Below, piece by piece: positions 27,109 to 36,357 of a stretch of 64,000 bases of DNA. The DNA is from Phallusia mammillata (Eukaryota). The position numbers were made by a program, and so were the translations under genes. The notes below the pieces were generated by a model. It was not told where the DNA came from. It saw only the letters and a list, made by a program, of their open reading frames with translations, and made no database searches. The DNA is taken from NCBI GenBank assembly GCA_965637545.1, contig OZ281494.1:15934001-15998000 (forward strand), read 5' to 3'. Each line of letters begins with the position of its first letter. Within the stretch, counting starts at the first letter, position 1.

Positions 27109-28900
27109 ATGGTGTATCAGCAAGCAAGTCAATATCTTACAAGATGCACGTGTTTTAGACTCTCCACAGAGTATGAGGTGTGTTGAAGGTTTAAATGGTT
27201 CAGTAAATTTAAAGTCCATTTTTCAATGGTTTTACTAGCTCTGCTGTAAAATATTGTCATGTGATGAGTTTTATCAAAATCCTAAATTTAACTATAAGCA
27301 TGCACTAATGGGTTGTGCAAATTTTGTTTTAGTTAAGCATTTGCAATTGCAAGCACATACTGCGCATGACTATTGGTGAACGTCATTCAGTTGTCAACCC
27401 ACAAAGATGGCTCTGCAACACTTGCCTTACAACTGAGTCTGTTTGGACATGTCTAAGCTGCCCTAATGTTGCTTGTGGAAGGTAGGAACCATGGTCAAAA
27501 CACTAAACAAAATGTTCTACAGTCTATAAAAATGAATAAATAATGTGTGGACTGTTTTGGATGACCATTTGAGTATTTATAAAATGGTATATAACCTACA
27601 GATATATCCATGAACATGCATTAAACCATTATTTGGAATCTGGTCATTCATTAGTGATTGATGTCAATGAACTCTATGTATATTGCTATGCTTGTGAAGA
27701 ATATGTTCTCAATGACAACAAATCGGGGGACATCAAGGTGCTATGTGAAACTTTACAGGTAGGCAAATTTGCGTTATTATCTTTTTTAAATTGTAGTTGT
27801 GTCAGTCCAAACAATTTTGTGGCATGGTTTCTTGGTCGGAAATTGCCTGGAAAATAATTTATGTTGTATCATGTGACAAAAAGTATTAGCTCATAAATTC
27901 TGTTTGTAAAATTTCAATAATATTAAGTTAAACAATTTAGGCTGCTTTTGTGCAGTAGGTAAAATTTGAACAGTTTATGTATTGTGTGCCATAGTAAATA
28001 TTAAAACTTCAATCAGAAATTCTTAACATTTCTCCAGGCAATTAGATACCAAAACTTTACTGGCACAACTCGTAGTGGACACACACTGAGGACAGCCACA
28101 ATAAGTGCAGATGAAGATGTTCAAATGAGGAGAAGATTACAGCAGCAACAACTTGATAGAGATGATAGACTTTTCACTGCCATTTGGCATTCAAGGTACT
28201 TTTTCACACAGTAAAAGTGCACAAAATTGTGTTACTCCAAAAACTCGATGCCCAAATTTGCCAATTTTCATAAGATTACATAATTTTAATTTTTTTTGTC
28301 TTTACTATGTAGGTTTGTTCGACAAAGAAAAACCTTCAGAAACTGGCGGAACTATGTTCGTAACAAGGACCAACACTGTCAGAGTGATGACGAACAACCA
28401 TGTGCTACAGTCACACTACAGTGAAACACAGAACTACAAGAAGACTTCATTGGAAAACTCGATGACCACCTTGAAACCTTGTCAGAATTAAAGATCTGCA
28501 ACAAGTTAATGCTGATTTTCCATTAAACACAGAAAGGAAGGGGATTGATACAAGGTTAATAAGGGAAATTACACTTGATCCTGTTTAAGGTGTTTTACCA
28601 GCATTATCTGTTGTGTTTATGTGGAAAAAAATCAATACTGGTGTCTTATTTCAGTAAAACACCATCTCCAGACTGTTCTGTATTTACTCTATCCAAATTG
28701 AATACCACATTTCGTTTTTTTAGGTGCTCGGTCATTTGCAAAAGTTCCGCCGATGTTTACTTGCCGTTCGTGACATCGAAATGGATGAAACCACTGGGTG
28801 CTACGAAGATCCACAAGTTTCGCCATCAAGCAAGTTACGAGTCGCTGGAAGAAGGTCCACCATAGAATTAAGAGCCATGGCATTTTAGCAGGCTAGTCTT
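27109..28900 (+). pseudogene. USP49: Truncated, decayed USP44/USP49-like deubiquitinase 5' fragment (ZnF-UBP plus start of catalytic domain)
   Basis: Exons 27109-27177 (tentative), 27333-27481, 27602-27758, 28038-28195, 28313 onward, 28723 onward. ZnF-UBP: [81 protein letters not shown] matches the segment after the Cys box. In-frame stops after about 28430; no GLxNLGNTC box and no downstream catalytic exons. USP44 versus USP49 not resolvable. Confidence 0.85.
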
Positions 28901-29652
28901 TTGCCAGAAACAATCTATTCGAGCAACTGCTTGTATACAGAAAATACTTACATCTCATGACAACTCAGGTTTACTTGTAGTAGGGATTTGACTTGAGGAC
29001 TCAAGTCTAAATCAATGACATTTCTTAGAAATAAGGAAAATAAACTTTTTAAAGACCTTGCCTTTCAAAATAAGGTCAAGTCTTCGAAATAAGAATAGGA
29101 TGGCGACCCTGAGTATAAGATATACAATATAATTAAGGCAAGTTTAAATCGTTTTATGTAAACAAGGCACTAAACTTTACCAGTTTTAGTTCAATTCCAC
29201 ACAGACTATTAAGATTTTACTTATAGCCTCACTCATGTTGGTAGTGTACCTCACACTGTGCTTCATGGACAAAGCGCCTCATGGCGATATCCCTGACATA
29301 TAACTTCTCAATATGGCTGTAGACTAGCCTGCTAAAATGCCATGGCTCTTATAAATGCAAAGCTTTGTTTCATTTGGTATGAAAATGTATTGGTAAGACC
29401 ATTAAATATTTTCTAGTCTTGGCAATGCCCTGTTTGCTTATAAATTGTGATGTTATGGATGTGTGTATTGGTTTATTCTATTTGTTGTTTTCTTAACTGA
29501 AGTCTGTCCACGCCAGATGGTAGATATGGTCATGTAAATGTGCCATAACAGCTCCAGTATTTAACCCACTGGCAGCCCAAGTTATAAACCTTTCTTATAA
29601 TCCGACACACTCCGGTCTGGTTGCTTTGGCAGTTTTGACAGCCTGAAACAAT

Positions 29653-29923
29653 GGGTGGTACTAAATACTGCATGTTACCGTATGTTATTCTGCTTAAAAT
29701 ACTGCATGGTATGTGAAATGCGAGAATACAAGCCCCAACAAGGGAAAATTAGACCAGATTATAGTATTGTTTTAATTACAAACCTTCACCCAACCAGAAT
29801 AGCTCTAACCAAAAGTTCGCAAAACTATATTTTCGTAAAAGCATATTCAAGTCCTTTACAACTTCCTGCCGTGTTATAACATGCGGTATACCATGCGGTC
29901 ACATGCGGTATTTAGTACCACCA
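29653..29923. mobile_element. MITE with about 30-bp TIRs and 8-bp TSD, nested in the Pack element
   Basis: GGTGGTACTAAATACTGCATGTTACCGTATG versus the reverse complement of CATGCGGTCACATGCGGTATTTAGTACCACC; TSD GAAACAAT at 29645-29652 and 29924-29931. Confidence 0.8.
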
Positions 29924-30509
29924 GAAACAATCGCCTATCAGCGTTACAATTTAAAAGTGTTGATTGGGTGATTGTGGTTTGATTTTTTATTATTTTGCAC
30001 GTAGCATCCCCCCTAAGATGGGTATTTTTTTTGAATTTTAAGTGTCAATTGCATTGTCACAGGAGAGTATTAATCTATATACTAAAAGCTAGAGAATATT
30101 GTGTGCTTGCTTAGCTTTTTAAGTTCTTTATCACACCTTGTCTTCACTTTAAGCATTCATAAATTCGTTGTTTTTTGTTCAGTAATAAAAGCTGTCTGAA
30201 ATAGTTTGTCATGCTTTAGAATTACTGTAAAAGTTTTTGTACCAACACCAATATTTTTGGAAAACTCAAAACAAAAGAGTCATTTAACACAGTAAGTCAC
30301 TGCTGTAGTCCGGGGACCCCTGGGGCAATTTCTCCCATCTATCTTGATTCTTTGCTAGTGTGTTGTATTCCATGATCTATTTTCCTGTCCACCCCTGAAC
30401 ATTACCAAAGCCAGTTCGTTCTGGGCCTGCCTTGTCTTCTTATTCCCTCGTCGGTCCTGTGCATGATGGTGTGTGTAAGAGTTCTATGGCGACATGTTAC
30501 ATGGCTAAC

Positions 30510-31100
30510 CCATTAAAGCTACGTTAAACAAGATTGGCGACAGTATGCACTCTTGAAATACTCCAAAGTCTTAAACTATTTTAGTGCACTTCCATTGGTT
30601 AACACAGCATTGATGACCTTTATATTATACAGTGATTTGATCAGGAGGATCAGGAAGAGACTGATACTATGTTTCTTCATGGTGCCCCACAGGGCCTCTG
30701 TGACCAAGTTCTTGATGGTGGTCTCTTTTTTTCACCTAGTATTCAATCTGTTAGACCAGTGGTTCTCAAGACTGTAGACTGTACCATCATGTCCTACCCT
30801 TGTTTGTTCTTCAGATAAGACACTCTTGATTTGAGGTATTAGTTTACCTTTTTTGGTATCATGACTATCAAAGATTGTGTCCACGTGGGCCACACTTATC
30901 TCATATGTATTCAAGATCTCCTGTGTTATCCAGCAAGGCTGCTTTCTGGTTCCAGCCTTTTCCAAAGTTTTCATCACAGTCGCATTCATGATTTTAGAGA
31001 ACTCGGATGTTAATTCTTGAACATTATTTTCCAACAGTGCATCAAATCTGCTTTCAATCTTTATTTCAAACCCCTTTCTGCAACCTGGCTCTTCAAACGA
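30510..31100 (-). mobile_element. Degraded RTE-type LINE ORF2 fragment
   Basis: Minus-strand translation SRFDALLE..TRKQPCWITQEIL, then EALWGTMKKHSI..LIKSLY..AVLTNGS and, after a frameshift, VGVFQECILSPILFN (RT motif GVxQGCxLSPxLF); stops and frameshifts present. Confidence 0.8.
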
Positions 31101-31134
31101 CAAAGGAAAAATACTCTTTTTTTTCAAAAAATAT

Positions 31135-31350
31135 AAATCAGTGACAGGGCGTCAGTGAATCAGTGACAGGGCGTCAGTAAATCTGTGACAGGGTGTCAAA
31201 ATCAGTGACAGGGCGTCAGTGAATCAGTGACAGGGCGTCAGTGAATCAGTGACAGGGCGTCAGTGAATCAGTGACAGGGTGTCAGTAAATCTGTGACAGG
31301 GTGTCAGTAAATTTGTGACAGGGTGTCAGTAAATCTGTGACAGGGTGTCA
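31135..31350 (+). repeat. Subterminal tandem array, 10 units of 20-22 bp (RAATCWGTGACAGGGYGTCAGT)
   Basis: Direct reading of the sequence; the same core occurs three times at 25677-25735. Confidence 0.95.
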
Positions 31351-31827
31351 TTGACAGGCGATAGGTGACAGCCTGTCACTGAATTGTCACAACCCCTGTT
31401 GACCCCGCCTCCAAACCGTTGTGAGAAAAACGCTTTGACTGGTCATGCAAGGAAATTGGGTCGTTGTCATACTCACACTCACACAGTCGATCGATCGATC
31501 GGCCTGCCTGCGTCCCTGCGATGTGAGTACAAGTTCAATGCATGTCTAGTTAGCACGGCAGCTGTAGTTTTGCCTGACCGGCGTGGTGATATAACACAAG
31601 CCATGTGTTGCACATCTGTTACCAGTTCCAAGTTGAAGTTTTAAAAAGAAAATCGTAAACTGATGAAAAGAAAACTGAGAACTCGATTGTTAACGAATAT
31701 TACGTAGTTTGGCAAATGCAGTTTTTAACACAATTTTGTTTGTATTTTATCAGGATAAAGTTTTTATTTGGTTTTATGTTTCGTAAACAAATGTTCTGTT
31801 GTAAATGAAAATACATCAGTAGTCAAC

Positions 31828-33504
31828 ATGAATGTTTCATCTCTACTTGAAGAAGCAAAGGTGGTTTTTGGTAAAACCACAGATTTTGTGGATGTTCAAT
31901 TGACGGCATTTAAACCATGGGAAATTGTTTCAATAACAGTTGTTACACTTGTCCTGACACACCTGGTTTATAATTTTGTGTTTGATCATGAAAAATCCTT
32001 AAGTCAACGGTTGAAGTTGGGCTTTTTCTACTATGTCAAGCGTTTTCCGATTATACGCTCCATCGTAGAAGACAAAATGAAGCCGGTTTTGCATGAAGTG
32101 TCTGCCACCAAGCTATTTCCACTTAAACCTGGCATGACATACAAAAATGTTATGCCTTATGTTGGAAAATCACACACTTCAATTTTAAGAGAAGTAGACG
32201 AATATCTGTCATTGGATACAGTTGACTGGTCAAAGGGTAATGTTTCTGGCACGGTGTATGGAGGTGACCCTGATCTTACCCTTGTTGCTTCTACCATGTA
32301 TCATAAGTTTGCCTGGTCCAACCCTCTTCACCCCGATGTTTTTCCATCCTTGAGAAAAATGGAAGCTGAAGTGGTTCGAATGACTTGTTCGCTTTTCAAT
32401 GGTGATCCTAACGCATCATGTGGTTTTGTTACTACAGGTGGAACAGAAAGTATACTACTGGCCTGCAAGACATATAGAGACTGGGCTTACTCCAAAGGTA
32501 TTAAGAAACCAGAAATGGTCATACCTATAAGTGCACATGCTGCTTTTGAAAAAGGTGCTGCTTATTTCAAGATCAAACTTAAGCATGTTCCAGTAGATCC
32601 AACAACAAGAAAAGTGGATTTGCATGCAATGAAACAAGCCATCAACAAAAACACATGCATGTTGGTAGGATCAACACCTCAGTTTCCACATGGTGTTTTG
32701 GATCCCATTGCAGATATTGCAGCTTTGGGTAAAAGGTATGGTGTTCCTGTTCATGTTGATGCTTGTCTGGGTGGGTTTCTTTTGCCTTTTATGGGAGAGG
32801 CTGGATTTCCTATACAACCATGTGACTTCTCTGTGCCTGGGGTTACAAGCATTTCCGCTGACACCCACAAATATGGATGTGCACCAAAAGGATCATCAGT
32901 GATTATGTACAAATCCACTGAATTTGCACATCACCAATACTTTGTATCACCTGACTGGCAAGGAGGTATTTATGCAACACCAATGTTTGCTGGAAGTCGT
33001 AGTGGAGCAATTGTGGCAGCTTGTTGGGGCACTATGGTGCACATTGGACGTGAGGGATACATCAGCAACACCAGAAAGATTATTTCAACTGCAAGGACAA
33101 TTGAGAATGGTCTTGCACAGATGAACAATTTATTTGTGTTTGGAAAGCCAGAGATGTCTGTCATTGCTTTTGGTAGTATGGATTTTGACATTTTCCGACT
33201 TTCTGGAGAGCTTACCAACAAAGGGTGGAATCTAAATACTTTGCAGTTTCCACCTAGCATTCATTTATGCTGTACTATGCCCCACACTAAACCTGGAGTG
33301 GCAGATAGATTTCTTTCTGATGTGAATGATGCAGTGAATACAATCATGCAGTCACCTAAATCCAAACCAGCAGGTGCAGGTGCAATTTATGGCATGGCTC
33401 AATCCATTCCTGATCGCACCATTGTGTCCTCGATTGCACATGGGTTTCTCGATGCTCTTTATGATACAACTCCATTTGCAAGAGGTGAAAATGGAAAAGC
33501 ATAA
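31828..33504 (+). CDS. SGPL1: Sphingosine-1-phosphate lyase, single coding exon
   Basis: Uninterrupted 558-aa ORF from ATG 31828. N-terminal TM (WEIVSITVVTLVLTHLV), SGTVYGG, NPLHPDVFP, TTGGTESILLACK, HVDACLGGF and PLP-lysine motif SISADTHKYG. Likely 5' UTR intron 31523-31753 (GTGAGT...TTTTATCAG). Confidence 0.97.
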   Translation: MNVSSLLEEAKVVFGKTTDFVDVQLTAFKPWEIVSITVVTLVLTHLVYNFVFDHEKSLSQRLKLGFFYYVKRFPIIRSIVEDKMKPVLHEVSATKLFPLKPGMTYKNVMPYVGKSHTSILREVDEYLSLDTVDWSKGNVSGTVYGGDPDLTLVASTMYHKFAWSNPLHPDVFPSLRKMEAEVVRMTCSLFNGDPNASCGFVTTGGTESILLACKTYRDWAYSKGIKKPEMVIPISAHAAFEKGAAYFKIKLKHVPVDPTTRKVDLHAMKQAINKNTCMLVGSTPQFPHGVLDPIADIAALGKRYGVPVHVDACLGGFLLPFMGEAGFPIQPCDFSVPGVTSISADTHKYGCAPKGSSVIMYKSTEFAHHQYFVSPDWQGGIYATPMFAGSRSGAIVAACWGTMVHIGREGYISNTRKIISTARTIENGLAQMNNLFVFGKPEMSVIAFGSMDFDIFRLSGELTNKGWNLNTLQFPPSIHLCCTMPHTKPGVADRFLSDVNDAVNTIMQSPKSKPAGAGAIYGMAQSIPDRTIVSSIAHGFLDALYDTTPFARGENGKA

Positions 33505-36357
33505 TCAATTATTACTCATGCATCACAGTTGAGGTCCCAACAACATGTTAAGTCATGCAAAATGTTAGAAACTATAATAAATACCTGCACATGTTGCTTA
33601 TGCAACCTACCTCTACCAAAAAAAATAACAGATTTATGCATCTATATATGCCACAAAAGTTTACCTGCAACAACATAATACTGTTGTGCACCCAAAATTG
33701 TCCAAACTTGACCTTTAATGTTTGTACACCTTCTTTGCCATTTGTAAAAACTTTTGTTGTATAAAGAAGTGTCATTAGCAGTTATTTAAATTTGTATGGC
33801 TAAATAGTGTTCATTTGTTTTTGTCTATTTTTGAACTCTACAGTTTTTTGATCAACTTCTAAAAAACTTTGTTGTAAGCCAACCAAATTTCGTTTGGAAT
33901 ATGCTTTATTCTTTGTTAAATTTTACAACATTCTCTTGGTGTCATCTGTCATGTTTAGTTGTAAAATAGGCAGGACATGAAGTTCAGGCACTGTGTGTAA
34001 CATAATAATGAGAATATAATTACACAACACCATCTAATGATGTATTTTTGTACATAACCAACCATAAATAATGCCATACATTATATAGTGTTGCATTGTA
34101 CTTTAAATATTCTATTTATTTTCATGGTTTTCATTAAGTTCCAAAGCCTTCAATGCAAACCATGTGAGGTGCATATCTCAAATAAGTCTGACTAACATAC
34201 CTAGTTACATGGTGTATTGCATGAATCGTGTGTCATCTGACATCATACCGGTGACATATATTTGGTACAAACAAGATGCTGTTGAATTTTAGAAAATGTT
34301 GCTTTTTAATTGTTTGTGGATTGTTATGCCTAGTGTTAGTTTTCTTTTCAATGTTTGATTTCCTCTAAAATGATTAATATGAATAACATGCATTTGGTGT
34401 TTTTATGTGATTGAGTCCATTCCGGTTTAAGTTTGTTTTTTCCTATCTGCAACATGTTTTTTATTGGCATACCAAACTAATGTTGACTCGATGTTTGGTT
34501 ATGCACTGCCCAAAACATATTTTAGCCCTCGGATTGGCATACACACGCATAGCAGGGGTGGTGTTAATCAAACATGTAGTTTGAGCAAACATAGCTATGA
34601 GCGTAAACACGTATTATTTTATGACATGCCCACGGACTTTGAGCTGCACCCCGTTTCCTGTAGATACATGAAATGTTGCAACGTGCCAATGGTGCAGCAT
34701 TTCCGCGAAGACCCGCCCATCGTTTGTGACACAAAAAACGTGTGAGTGGGTAACTATCGGGTATTTGGGTTTATAAAGGGCACATTGCCCTCGGTGTTTT
34801 CAACGTTTCAAATATGGCGGGACCGTGTGCTATTTTTTGGACGTTAAAGAAATCGAAATGTACACACGCATTAAACTACAATTGTTCAGATGTGTGAGTA
34901 ATGGCGCAAAAATACGCAGAAACACATCAAATAGTGTGTGAAGAGACGAGACGATCGATTGATTCGTGTTTCCTATTTGCTTCCTTTCACATCTACTAGC
35001 TGAACTGTGCAGCGACCGATTACTTACTAGAACTCCGTTTGTGCACAATTACGTCCGTACTGACTTAGTATCAATACAAGTATCCAGTTTGTTGAATAAT
35101 ATGTGATGATTTTGGATATTGTTCGCAGCAACGTATATATACTCACCACTGTCAACGACAAACATTTAAAAATGTTGGATGTGTTCGGCTGTGAGGAATT
35201 AAATGCTATAAGTTTTGTTGCTTTAGCTGTCAATACTATTGTGCAGGTTATAATCCCAAAATTGCATGCTTGGTTTATTTTCCCCGTTTTTATTATTAAG
35301 ATACCATTAGCAACTAATTTGTACCAAAACAATCAACATTAGACGCTATAGAAAGCAAAAACTGCGAGTACATCACAGACGTAGCCCTGCAAAGTTGGAG
35401 TGATGTCTTTGTTAAATAAAGATTTTATTGCGAAACAGTTAAAAGTCCAATAGTTGTTGCGAAATGTGGAGACATTTTGGCCCTACTATTTCGATGTATC
35501 GTTTAAAGTTAAACACAGATAGAAAGTTCCAGTCCCATGACCTGCCTCAAAGCACACATTGAAAGTTTTTTTGCGTTGTCGGTCAACTGTGATAAAACAC
35601 AGACTATGGAACTGTCAAAAGCAGATAATTACATGCTTTCACTGCTGTGGTCAAAATGCACGTTATTGACTTGCACACATGGGCGCCGGCAAGTGCCCAT
35701 GCTTGCACAGTGGTTGAATTGAAAGTATGTGTTTAACTTTTTTCTTAATGACAAGTTCATTTGTGCATTTTATAGGAATGTAGGCTGAAAGTGACTATGC
35801 ACGCGCACAGTCCTTACACCAAAGAGGTTTTTACTCCCTCTAAAAAAGTGTTGCGCCAGAGTAAAAGACCAAAGACCCGATCATACTAAAATTAAACAAT
35901 TTACCGCCGTGTGTCCACAAGGTTGTCGGTTCTAATCCTATCTAGTGTTTACCTGAACAAGAAACTTGAGCAGCATTGCGCCAACCCAGTGATTTTCAAT
36001 GGTTTTGCCTTTGTCGAAAATATCAAATAAAAATGATTCAACAGACTTACAAAGAAACAGGCAGCTCCACGTCGGACTTATTGCGAGCATGCTGCCTGCC
36101 CACCGAAAATGAAACAAACAAACAACAACAAGTATAATTTATCTATGATAGCGCCGTGTCCGCTGGTCTGCATCGATTCTTCAGAGCTGATCTAAGTATT
36201 GCATGTTTATCTTAACCGCTTTACCTGATGATACCATAAAAAGATCTTTCACCACTAATCTCGCCTTTGTAGCTTACCGCAAATCTAATTCAGTCTGCAC
36301 GCTACGATAAAAAGAGATTTATTTACAGCATTGTTCCTTAATACGTTACGATCGATG

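Larger units (their letters stand above)
25600..31403. mobile_element. Pack-TIR-like element: matching TIRs and subterminal repeats enclosing a host gene fragment
   Basis: 18-bp perfect inverted repeat GTCAACAGGGGTTGTGAC (25600-25617) / GTCACAACCCCTGTTGAC (31386-31403). The motif AAATCAGTGACAGGGCG is repeated at both ends (25618-25735; 31135-31350). No other terminus of this family seen between them; no clean TSD. Confidence 0.72.

Noticed and set aside
30756-30775. CAGTGGTTCTCAA as a further hAT end
   Set aside because: No partner TIR or TSD found; embedded in the LINE fragment.
31135-31350. Regular repeat array as CRISPR
   Set aside because: Units are head-to-tail with no unique spacers, the context is eukaryotic, and the same motif marks the other end of a TIR element.
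31768-31827. Extra 20 N-terminal residues of SGPL1 in the ORF track
   Set aside because: The track starts at TTG; the first in-frame ATG is 31828 and an in-frame TAA lies at 31756.
34464-35722. Short ORFs between SGPL1 and WBP11
   Set aside because: Overlapping ORFs on both strands, mostly non-ATG starts, no motifs; CpG-enriched but no gene model could be built.
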